A DNA stretch of 64,000 bases, taken from NCBI GenBank assembly GCA_946404215.1, contig CAMJCT010000001.1, positions 128,031 through 192,030 on the forward strand. The letters are read 5' to 3'. Below the pieces are notes generated by a model, which did no database searches, was not told where the DNA came from, and saw nothing but the letters and a program-made list of their open reading frames with translations. Source of the DNA: an uncultured Clostridium sp. Its GTDB lineage: Bacteria > Bacillota > Clostridia > TANB77 > CAG-508. The position numbers and the translations under genes were made by a program. This document shows, piece by piece, positions 19,367 through 28,347 of this stretch (position 1 is the first letter of the stretch; every line of letters starts with the position of its first letter).

Positions 19367-21169
19367 CTAAATTGTTTTAACAATATCATCATTATCTATA
19401 GTTATTATTTTTTCATTTATGAAACATTTATTATTAAGAAATTTTACTGTACATTTTTTATTTAAAAATAAATCAAATGATAATGAATAATTTCTAAATT
19501 TATTACTAAATATAAGCTTTTTATTTTTCTCAATATCATTATAACTTTTTGAACATATTGAGGATTTAATTTTTTTTATTTCTGCATTTGTGTAAATATA
19601 GATTTCTTTTTGATTTGTAATCAATTTGCAGAAATCGTTATTTTGTTTTATTTCAATATCTGTGTTTAATATATAATTTCTATTAGCTTCATGTTTCTTG
19701 CAATCCATTTTGTTCTTAATTATATTAACTATTAAAAGTCCATTATCTAACATTACAAACATTCTTTTATATACTATATTTTTACTTTCTATGTTTGTTG
19801 CTACTATATTTTTATTCAATAAATTTATATCTACTTTTTCAATATAGCTTTCGAAATTCCAATTATCTAGTATTTTTGCAAAACTCACATTGTCCATATA
19901 TAGTGAATTGTGTGCAAACTGACTTTTTAAGTATTTTCTATTTTTATTATATATATATTGGTATCTTCCTGAATCTATAAAAACAGGTGAATTACCAACA
20001 TAATAAACAAAGCTTCCTAAATCTATATGCCTATGACTTGTAAAATTTTCATTATTAGACACAAGCAAATACTTTTCAGAATCTTTTAATATAATACTTT
20101 TAGAATTTTCCAAAAAAAATCTTTCTTCTTTATTATTATATTTAAAAATATTTTCAAATTCAAAAATTCCTTGCGTAAATCGTGATAAAAAACAAATATC
20201 TAATTTACTATTTATTCTTTGTAGATATTTTTTGTCATTTAATATAAAATAAGCTATATACATTAGCTCTGATACATTTGTGATATCCGAATCTCCAAGA
20301 TTTACAATATTGTTTTGGAAGTCACTTAATTTATATATGTATTCTGCCATTTTCTCAAATTGTAAAATTTCAAAATCACTAATTTTTATTTTTTTAGTTC
20401 TTTTAATATTTAATAAATGTGAAGCAGCAATAAAAATTTGAATATGGTATAAAGGAGTGTTTTCTAGTTGAGAGCCATCTTCTAATATCTGCTGCTTAAA
20501 TAAAGCTTTATATTTATTATCATTCCATTTATAAAGTTCTGTATCAGTTTTATCAAAAACAATTAAACAATAAAGTGCATATATATTTTGTATAAGTCCC
20601 CAATTATCTTTATCATGTTGAGATTGATGATTTTTCTTTATAAACTCAAGTTGGCTTAAAATGTTTTCTTTTAAATCTATACTTCTTTTTTCTTTTATAA
20701 GCTCCAGTTTTTTTAAATATAGATAATCATTTGTAACTGAAAAACATCTAATAGCCGTATCTAATGTTCTAATAGGATTAACTATAGGTATTTTAAAAAT
20801 TCTCTTAAAACTATACAAGAATTTTCTTTTTATTTTTATCGAAATTCCTACATTATTATGGTACTCATTTTCAAAAAGCATATATTTATAAATACAATCA
20901 TTCCAACTATCCCAATATTCAAAGTATTTATTTATATATTCTATGTTTTTAGTTAATTCATAAGAAATTATTAATTTATTTAAAAAATCCATTCTATTTA
21001 ACATATATACCCACTCAGGGTCTCTATTAGGTGTTTTCTTCCAATTTTTAATTTTGTATACCTTTTTACATTGTTCCATATCCCATTTATTAATAAATGA
21101 TATCTTATTTTCTAATAATAGATTAGAAAAATCTATTAAATCTTTTTCAGCTTGTTTAAATTTTTTCAC
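19367..21169 (-). CDS. Heparinase II/III-like family protein (polysaccharide-modifying; cell-surface glycan locus)
   Basis: 600 aa with N-terminal alpha/alpha toroid-like and C-terminal beta-sandwich architecture, adjacent to GT2. The assignment is by pattern only. Confidence 0.4.
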   Translation of the reverse strand: MKKFKQAEKDLIDFSNLLLENKISFINKWDMEQCKKVYKIKNWKKTPNRDPEWVYMLNRMDFLNKLIISYELTKNIEYINKYFEYWDSWNDCIYKYMLFENEYHNNVGISIKIKRKFLYSFKRIFKIPIVNPIRTLDTAIRCFSVTNDYLYLKKLELIKEKRSIDLKENILSQLEFIKKNHQSQHDKDNWGLIQNIYALYCLIVFDKTDTELYKWNDNKYKALFKQQILEDGSQLENTPLYHIQIFIAASHLLNIKRTKKIKISDFEILQFEKMAEYIYKLSDFQNNIVNLGDSDITNVSELMYIAYFILNDKKYLQRINSKLDICFLSRFTQGIFEFENIFKYNNKEERFFLENSKSIILKDSEKYLLVSNNENFTSHRHIDLGSFVYYVGNSPVFIDSGRYQYIYNKNRKYLKSQFAHNSLYMDNVSFAKILDNWNFESYIEKVDINLLNKNIVATNIESKNIVYKRMFVMLDNGLLIVNIIKNKMDCKKHEANRNYILNTDIEIKQNNDFCKLITNQKEIYIYTNAEIKKIKSSICSKSYNDIEKNKKLIFSNKFRNYSLSFDLFLNKKCTVKFLNNKCFINEKIITIDNDDIVKTI

Positions 21170-21253
21170 TATAAATCATTCCTATTCTTTGAACAATATT
21201 ATTTGGAAAATATTTTTAAAAATATGCTACTACATTAAAAGAAGCTTATCTTT

Positions 21254-21934
21254 TTAAGCTTCTTGATAATCTGCAGGGACTTCAAGTAGTTTGGAATCTA
21301 CATTATAAGACATATCTACTTTTAGTAATTCTTCATAATCTCCCACGATTGTTTTAATGTATACTAGTTTATTTCCATCATAATAAAACCTTGTCTTTGC
21401 ATTTTTATTTCTTATATCGTTGAAATATTTAAACATTAAATCTGTTGCTACATTGTATTCTTCATATTTGTATTCTTTATTGTTTATTATTTCTTTTCCA
21501 GCAACATATTCTAAATCTTTAACTTCTTCTAATTCTTCTTCTATTTTGTTTAAATACATTTCATTATTATTGAAAGAATAATAAGTTTTATCTTCATCAT
21601 CTAATAAATATGTATTTCCATCTTTAACAACATATTTTGATTCTTCATCTTCAAAAACAATATCCATATATGCAACATTTTCTTTTTTTGAATAATACAT
21701 TTTATTTTCATCATCTAAAAATGTATTAAAGGTGTATGTTCCTTTTTTTGTTAATTCATCATACAATTTTATTGTTTTATTTTGCCCTATTTCTGGTTCA
21801 TCTTTTTTAGACATAAATAGAGCGGTTACCCCTGCTACAGCTAATACTGCTATAATTGCTATTATTGCTATTATAATTGTCTTTTTGTGGCTTTTTACCA
21901 CTTCATCATTTTTAATATCCTCATTTTTAAACAT
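21254..21934 (-). CDS. Hypothetical membrane-anchored protein
   Basis: 226 aa with a single N-terminal TM (IIIAIIAIIAVLAVAGVTALF) and a charged repetitive extracytoplasmic domain. Confidence 0.5.
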   Translation of the reverse strand: MFKNEDIKNDEVVKSHKKTIIIAIIAIIAVLAVAGVTALFMSKKDEPEIGQNKTIKLYDELTKKGTYTFNTFLDDENKMYYSKKENVAYMDIVFEDEESKYVVKDGNTYLLDDEDKTYYSFNNNEMYLNKIEEELEEVKDLEYVAGKEIINNKEYKYEEYNVATDLMFKYFNDIRNKNAKTRFYYDGNKLVYIKTIVGDYEELLKVDMSYNVDSKLLEVPADYQEA

Positions 21935-21970
21935 ATTTTTCCTCCTATGTAAATTATTTTTTTTACTTAA

Positions 21971-23116
21971 TTAATCACCTAAATTAATTCCTATATTTCT
22001 GGCTGTTTTTACTAAATCATCTTCCATTGTTACTTTTCTTAAATTACTTTCCTCTGTATTTCCAGAAACAGCACCTATTTTTATGTTGTTTCCTACGACA
22101 TCTTCTAATGAAACACAATCCAACTTTCCATTTTTTATAACTGTTAATGTTCCAAATTTTCCTTCTAAAGCAAGTTCCATTGCTTTTGTTCCATATTTTG
22201 TTGATAAAACTCTATCAAAAGCCGTTGGTGTTCCACCTCTTTGCATATAACCTAGTGTTGTGTTTCTTGCTTCTAGCCCTGTTAATTCTTCTAGCTGTTT
22301 TGCTACAACTTGACCTATTCCTCCTAATTTTGTGTTATCAACTCCAGCTCCGTTGTTTCTTGTTCCTGCAACCACCATTTCTCCATCTTTTGGTTTTGCA
22401 CCTTCTGCTACAACTACAACACTAAAGTTTTTCCCTCTTTTCTTTCTATTTTCAATTTTCGTTGCTACTTTGTTTATATCATATGGAATTTCTGGAATTA
22501 AAGCCACATCTGCTCCACCAGCTATTGCAGACTCTAAAGCTATCCAACCTGCATACCTTCCCATAACTTCTAGTACCATTATTCTATGATGTGTCTCTCC
22601 TGTTGTATGCAATCTGTCTAATGCTTCCATTGCAACAGAAACAGCTGTGTTATACCCAAAAGTTATTTCTGTACATGCAACATCATTATCTATAGTTTTT
22701 GGAACGCCTATAATATTTACTCCTTTAGTAGCAAAATCTCTAGCAGATTTTTGTGTTCCGTCTCCTCCAAGTGTAAATATACAATCGAACCCAAAATCTT
22801 TTATATTTTGAATTGCTTGTTCTGATAAGTCTTTATATTCTACTGTTCCATCTTCTTTTATAACTTTATAATTAAAAATATTTGCATTTGTTGAAGAACC
22901 TATTATAGAACCACCTTTTGGTAGTATTCCCATTGCCTCTCCATCTGCTGCTGTAGATAGTTTTTCAAAGTCTTTTTTTAATAATCCATTATATCCATCT
23001 ATAATTCCATAACATTCTATATCGTGGTTTTCTGCTGTTTTTACTATTGCTCTTATAACAGCATTAAAACCAGATACATCTCCTCCATTTGCTAGTATTC
23101 CTACTTTTTTTAACAT
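21971..23116 (-). CDS. pfk: 6-phosphofructokinase (long-form PFK, ATP- or PPi-dependent)
   Basis: GILANGGDVSGFNA, LGGDGT and EVMGRYAGWIA motifs; AAGGAGGA RBS. Confidence 0.8.
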   Translation of the reverse strand: MLKKVGILANGGDVSGFNAVIRAIVKTAENHDIECYGIIDGYNGLLKKDFEKLSTAADGEAMGILPKGGSIIGSSTNANIFNYKVIKEDGTVEYKDLSEQAIQNIKDFGFDCIFTLGGDGTQKSARDFATKGVNIIGVPKTIDNDVACTEITFGYNTAVSVAMEALDRLHTTGETHHRIMVLEVMGRYAGWIALESAIAGGADVALIPEIPYDINKVATKIENRKKRGKNFSVVVVAEGAKPKDGEMVVAGTRNNGAGVDNTKLGGIGQVVAKQLEELTGLEARNTTLGYMQRGGTPTAFDRVLSTKYGTKAMELALEGKFGTLTVIKNGKLDCVSLEDVVGNNIKIGAVSGNTEESNLRKVTMEDDLVKTARNIGINLGD

Positions 23117-23230
23117 AATAAAAATCCTCCTTGGTAATTAATTAATTCTAAAAAATTCCTCTCATCTTGTTGCATAATTATAATAACACTTTCTTTTAAA
23201 TTTAGCAATAAAAATTAGAAAAAGATGTAA

Positions 23231-23367
23231 TTGTTATGTTACTGTTCAGTCTTAAAATTAGAATTGTTCTGCTTAATCGTGATTACTATCTAAATATTTT
23301 TCGAATAATCTCGGCTACCTTTAGCTAAGAACTTCTAATAGCATAAGACTGAACAGTAACATTGTTA
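23231..23367. repeat. MITE-like element, copy C, with perfect 18-bp TIRs
   Basis: TGTTATGTTACTGTTCAGTCTTA ... TAAGACTGAACAGTAACATTGTTA. The internal module GTGATTACTATCTAAATATTTTTCGAATAATCTCGG is shared with copy B. Its right end supplies the TAA stop of the truncated FGE-like ORF. Confidence 0.6.
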
Positions 23368-24270
23368 TTAGAACAAATTTGCTCCACTTCCTTTTATAAA
23401 TCTACAAATTTGGTCCCACTGGCATCCCCATACCATTCTTGACTCAACATTTTCATTTGAAAAACTTTTACATGCTTTATATAAATTATACCAATCTGTT
23501 TTATTCATTACTGTTCCTGGTTTTACTTGTGGGTTATTACTTGAATCTTTTCCTAACTCGTATTTTCCTACATAAAATCCGCCGTTTTCTCTTACGCTAT
23601 CTATCATTTCTTTATAATCATCTTTTAACTTTGTTGACATATCTGCTAAATCTCCAAATGCAGCTTGTGTACGATAAGTTTGATCTGTATCATATAAAGA
23701 TATAACATCTGGTTCCCTATAATATGGATCTGCTGTTGTTCCAGGAGTTGTTCTATCTAATGTTCTACTTCCTAATGTTGTTCCTAATGTTCTATATTTT
23801 GTTACAACGTCATTTGGCTCGGCCGTCCCTAGCATTGTCCAACCTGTAGTATTTTCTTCATACATTAATGCTAAGTCAGATGAACTTACAGGAATCCATA
23901 CCCATTGATTTCCACTTGCATCTGTTACAACTAACCCATTTTCTATTGTTGTTTCATCTTTTTCCACTACTCCTGTTGTTTCATTTACTACTTTTACATC
24001 TGATACTGTAAAACCTGCTGGTATTACTGCTGTATAATTTCCAGAAATATATACTGCATTTGAATCGTTTGGTGCAGTTTCTCCTTGTCCTATTAAATTT
24101 TCTATGATATCTCCTTCTTCTGTAACTCCATATTTATGTCCATTACCATATGTTACTTTTACTGGAAAACTACTTGATGTTGCTTCTGCTGAAGCATCAC
24201 TTATATTTTTATTTATATTATTTACAACTTTACTTGCTACTAAATTTCCTCTTTTATCATATGCCCCCAA
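23368..24270 (-). pseudogene. Truncated paralog of the prepilin/FGE-domain gene (middle region plus start of FGE/SUMF1-like domain), cut off by the MITE
   Basis: NQWVWIPVSS and FYVGKYELGKD match SYFVWIPRYAY and GFWVAKYEMSQ of the 543-aa protein at 28191. It has no prepilin N-terminus. The FGE domain ends after ~70 aa at the MITE boundary. Confidence 0.5.
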
Positions 24271-24371
24271 TACTTCTACATGTAATTCTTCTTCCAGAAT
24301 TAACTTATACAGATATAACTAATCTCTTTTCACAGCTTGAGGTTAGTTCAAGAAAAGACGGAGCAATTTAT

Positions 24372-24644
24372 ATGCAACTTTCCATATATAATAATTATTA
24401 TTCTTTGGATGAATACCCTAAATTAGTAAAAATCTATGATACTATATATGAAAATTTTGGAACAAAACCAAAAATTACAAGAAATAGAATGCGTACTTCT
24501 TTACATCGTTTAAATAATTCTTATAATTTTAATGAACACACTATCTATACAAAAATATTTGGAGCAAGAACTCATGTTACTCCAAAAGAATTTATAGATT
24601 GTTGCACAGATTATTTTATTAGAGAAAAACATAGAGATAGTTAA
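24372..24644 (+). CDS. Hypothetical 89-aa protein
   Basis: A GACGGAG RBS lies 8 nt before the ATG. Sequence is MQLSIYNNYYSLDEYPKLVKIYDTIYENFGTKPKITRNRMRTSLHRLNN... There is no recognisable family. Confidence 0.35.
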   Translation: MQLSIYNNYYSLDEYPKLVKIYDTIYENFGTKPKITRNRMRTSLHRLNNSYNFNEHTIYTKIFGARTHVTPKEFIDCCTDYFIREKHRDS

Positions 24645-24661
24645 AAAAATACCTTACAAAG

Positions 24662-24898
24662 TTATTTACTCTGTAAGGTATTTTTCGCTATTCCTAAATC
24701 TAGTAATTGTAGTTCACTAAAAATTCTATCTATCTCTGAATTTTCAAAACCAATTTCATTTAAAAATTCTTTTTTTGTGTTTGATAATTGACCTAATGTC
24801 AAAATATCATTTTTCTTCATATTGTCTATTTTATTTTGACTCAAAAAATCTAATCTTTGTACTGATTGCTTGTAATATTTATTCTCCATTTTCTGCAT
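24662..24898 (-). CDS. Small protein resembling the RNA polymerase alpha-subunit C-terminal domain (alpha-CTD / HhH-like)
   Basis: 78 aa. LDFLSQNKIDNMKKNDILTLGQLSNTKKEFLNEIGFENSEIDRIFSELQLLDLGI matches the alpha-CTD pattern L..LS.R..N.L....I.TLG.L.....EL..I.N.G.KS..EI...L. It overlaps the upstream gene by 20 nt. Confidence 0.4.
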   Translation of the reverse strand: MQKMENKYYKQSVQRLDFLSQNKIDNMKKNDILTLGQLSNTKKEFLNEIGFENSEIDRIFSELQLLDLGIAKNTLQSK

Positions 24899-25157
24899 CT
24901 CCTCTTACTTTTATTGCTACCATATAATTATTAATTTCTACTATCTTTCGTTCTCCTTTATAACTAAATTTTGCACCAGTAAAACATACTTGATAATTTA
25001 AGTTTTCTAGTCTTGTTTTAGCATATTCTAAAAATATATCAACATCCTTTTTTGTAAGATTTTGCTTTACTCGTAAATCATAAACACTACATTCAATACA
25101 ATTTTCATTTTCTGCTATTTTATTATCTAAATAATCTGTTACAAATTGTATGGTCAT
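24879..25157 (-). CDS. Hypothetical 92-aa protein with a CxxC motif
   Basis: CIEC...C. It is translationally coupled to the alpha-CTD-like gene and lies immediately downstream of the AAA ATPase. Confidence 0.4.
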   Translation of the reverse strand: MTIQFVTDYLDNKIAENENCIECSVYDLRVKQNLTKKDVDIFLEYAKTRLENLNYQVCFTGAKFSYKGERKIVEINNYMVAIKVRGDAENGE

Positions 25158-25176
25158 TTCTTACACTCCTAAATAG

Positions 25177-26430
25177 TTAATAATTCAAACTTTCCATATC
25201 TAATAGAAAATCAAATATACTCATTGTTATTATACCTTCTTCATTTCTCCATCTTTTTATAAAATCCTTAACAATTATGATTTTTTTGAAAGAATCATTT
25301 ATTTTTAATAGAGGTCTTTCTTCCTGTTGTCTTTTTTCTTCATCTGGCATTGCAAATGCAGATTGAATATATATTTTATTACTTCCCTTATTAGCAATAA
25401 AGTCTATTTCCAGTTGTTTATAAGTTAATTTATCATTTTCTTTTGTCCTTTGTTCTACTACCCCAACATCTACTTGATATCCTCTTCTTTTTAACTCTAA
25501 ATAAATTGCATTTTCCATTATGTGTGTTTCTTCTTGTTGTCTAAAATTTATAAAAGAATTACGAAGTCCTAAATCGCTAAAATAATATTTTGATGGTGTA
25601 CTTATATATTTTCTTCCTTTTATATCATACCTTTCTGAATTTTCAATTAAAAATGCTTCTTCTAAATATTTTAAGTATGATGAAATTGTAGCAGGTGCAA
25701 CATCAATATCCAGTTCGCTTTTAAATGTATCAGATATTTTTTTCGGATTTGTCAATGATCCAATACTTGAAGAAATTATTTTTACCATTTGAGTTATTAC
25801 TGAACTTTCGTTGCTTATATTGTGTCTTTCAATAACATCATTTATATAAACATTTTGTTGTTGTTCTTTTAAATAAGCATCTTTTCTTTCATCATCTTTC
25901 ATTAAAACAACAAGTGGTAGCCCTCCATAAGTTATATATTCTGTCCATCCCTCCATTTTATCTCCATCATAAACAGACATAAATTCTGCAAAACTTAATG
26001 GATATACTCTTATTTCTTCTCCTCTACCTCTAAATTCTGTTATTATATCAGTTGAAAGAAATTTTGAGTTACTTCCTGTTACATATATATCAACATTTTG
26101 TATTCTTAATAAACCATTTAATACTGCCTCAAAATTCGGTGCTAATTGAACTTCGTCAATTATTATATAATATAGTTCTTTATCTTTAATTTTGCTTTTG
26201 ATATATTCAGATAGTTTTTTAGGTTGTAAAAATTCTATGTTTTCATCATCATCAACTGCAACTTTAATAATATGGTCTTCTTTTACTCCTGTTTCAATAA
26301 GATGTTTATAAAATAATTCGTTTAATAAATAAGATTTACCACATCTACGAATACCTGTTACTACTTTAATTAAGCCATCTTGTTTAGCTTTTATAAGTTT
26401 ATTTAAATAATAATCTCTTTTTATTTCCAT
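25177..26430 (-). CDS. AAA family ATPase (AAA_14 plus DUF4143-type ATP-binding protein)
   Basis: Walker A GIRRCGKSY and Walker B YIIIDEVQ, with the C-terminal domain typical of DUF4143 orphan ATPases. Confidence 0.7.
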   Translation of the reverse strand: MEIKRDYYLNKLIKAKQDGLIKVVTGIRRCGKSYLLNELFYKHLIETGVKEDHIIKVAVDDDENIEFLQPKKLSEYIKSKIKDKELYYIIIDEVQLAPNFEAVLNGLLRIQNVDIYVTGSNSKFLSTDIITEFRGRGEEIRVYPLSFAEFMSVYDGDKMEGWTEYITYGGLPLVVLMKDDERKDAYLKEQQQNVYINDVIERHNISNESSVITQMVKIISSSIGSLTNPKKISDTFKSELDIDVAPATISSYLKYLEEAFLIENSERYDIKGRKYISTPSKYYFSDLGLRNSFINFRQQEETHIMENAIYLELKRRGYQVDVGVVEQRTKENDKLTYKQLEIDFIANKGSNKIYIQSAFAMPDEEKRQQEERPLLKINDSFKKIIIVKDFIKRWRNEEGIITMSIFDFLLDMESLNY

Positions 26431-26602
26431 AAACTATCCTCCATTCTTTTATACTATTCTAACCTATTTTATTCATAATATCAATAGTTTTATCTAAAAA
26501 AAAATGTAAAATTACAGTTTTTTTTAGATGGACATATATTCAAAAAAATAAATTCAAATTATTATACAATAACTTGAATTTACTTTTTTAATTCTCTTTA
26601 AA

Positions 26603-27798
26603 TTACTTATAATCTTCAAATATACCTACTATTCTATCTTTATTTGGATTTGTTATTAAAGTATTCATTTTTATTCCTGCAATATTTACAAATTCTTTAT
26701 ATTCGTCATCTGGAATATCATTTCCTATAAGATTAAATACTGGTATTTTTGTATCTAATTGCTCTTTTGATTTTTTTATTATATCAAGTCCGTTCATATC
26801 TGCAAAGTTATAATTTGTAAATACCATTTCTGGCTGTAAATTAACTATTCCTTTATATGTGTCTGTTCCGTTATTTGTTACGCCAACAACATCAACATAT
26901 CCTAAACCTTTTATTGTATCTACAATTTCATTTCTTACTTTATCATCTTTATATGCTACTAATGTTCTAATCTTTTCAAATACTTTTTTAGCAGATGCTT
27001 TAATTGTTGTTCTATTCTTTAATAATTCTGTTATACTATCTTCTAAAACATTTCCTATACAAACATCTTCTCCGTTTTCTGTAACCATTATATTACCATT
27101 TGGCATAATTAGAAGATATTTGCTTTCCATATCTGGCTCTTCTCTAAATTCTACTTTACCAATATTAGATGCTGTTCCCATACATAAACATATAGTTTTT
27201 ATCATTTTAAATTCTGCTTTTGATATTTCAAATTCTTTTTCATTTAATTTTGCTGTTTCTCGAAGTGGTATAAATTTAAAAACTCTCCAAGCATTTATTC
27301 TATATTTTCCTAAATATTGTCCAAGTTCTTCAATAGCCTCTAAATTCAATCTATTTACAACAGTATTTATATTAACTTTTAAATCATATTCTCTTAATGC
27401 CTCTAATACCACACTTATATCTTTGACATGGTCATACCCTCTACCAAGTTTTTCATTTATATCATTATCAACTGCATCAATAGATAATGTTAAACTATCT
27501 ATATAGTTAAATATTTCTCTCATTTTAGAATTATTTGCAAGTAAAGAACCATTTGTTATAAGTTTGCATTTCATTCCTCTTTCACTAGCCATTTTTAAAA
27601 GTTCAAAAAAGTTTGGCTGTAATAATGCCTCTCCAGTGTAAATGTTATATTTTTTATTCCGTCTTCTGTAATTCTATCAAGTATTCTTTTATTGTCTTCA
27701 AAGTTTAGTTCATTGATACCTAAAAATCTATGACAATATCTGCATTGTTGATTACATCTTAAAGTTAAAAACCAACAAACTTCTCTATTTTCACTCAT
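26603..27798 (-). CDS. Radical SAM / SPASM-twitch enzyme fused to a C-terminal receiver-like (REC) domain, interrupted by a frameshift (~27635, not at CGG)
   Basis: N-terminus CWFLTLRCNQQCRYCH (CxxxCxxC). After ITFT the frame changes to GEALLQPNFFELLKMASERG... The SPASM/twitch cysteines are KTICLCMG...GEDVCIGN. The C-terminal ~115 aa run LVAYKDD...VFTNYNFADMNGLDII...IPVFNLIG...IAGIKMNTLITNP, which aligns to the CheY fold with the phospho-acceptor position occupied by Asn. Confidence 0.55.
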
Positions 27799-27990
27799 TA
27801 CAAAATCCTCTTTTCTAATTATTTTACATAATAATTATATATCCGTTTCCAATATTTGTCTATCATCAAAAAGTTAACTATCGTAAACCTAAAAAGACAT
27901 AGACCTTTTACGATCTATGTCTTAAAATATATTATATTATTTCATTTATTATTACTTCTTCAAGTAATCTTTTATAAATTGTTTATCCAT

Positions 27991-28347
27991 TATTGTAATT
28001 GCCCCCGCGTTTGAAGAATGGATTACTCGAATTGACGAAGTAGGCGTAGTAGTAGTCTAATCCCTAATAACCCCTAAAAGAACAGGGGCTAACCTAATAT
28101 TCAAAATGTTTGCCTCCAACTCTAGCAAGAGAACTTTCCCATTTACTGCAAAAGAAAAAGGGGCAAAGCCCCAAGGAAAGTCTCAAAGTGCTACGGGCAA
28201 AGCACCGCACGGAACGAAACGTCGCTGTAGCTAACACCACCGCTGCCGCCCGAAGAGAACACACCTGCGCCGGCTCCAACATCGAAACTGCCCCCGCGCC
28301 CGACAAACGGGCCACTCGCGTAGCAAAGGTGAGGGTAGTCTCCAAAC
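27991..28347. other. Compositionally anomalous GC-rich segment (~50-55% GC in a ~27% GC context)
   Basis: Covers the last ~50 codons of the prepilin/FGE gene (GGC CCG TTT GTC GGG CGC GGG GGC...) plus ~200 bp downstream, which contains two GC-stem hairpins (GGGGCAAAGCCCC; CCCCTAAAAGAACAGGGG). Overlapping ORFs 28094..28345(-) and 28110..28376(+) are composition artefacts. Confidence 0.8.
28148..28174 (-). terminator. GC-stem hairpin plus U-run immediately 3' of the prepilin/FGE gene
   Basis: Minus strand CCTTGGGGCTTTGCCCCTTTTTCTTTT. Confidence 0.6.

Noticed and set aside
27991-28347. Complete diversity-generating retroelement
   Set aside because: Only VR/IMH-like features are present. No reverse transcriptase (YxDD), Avd or template repeat exists in this window, so a functional cassette cannot be claimed from this sequence.
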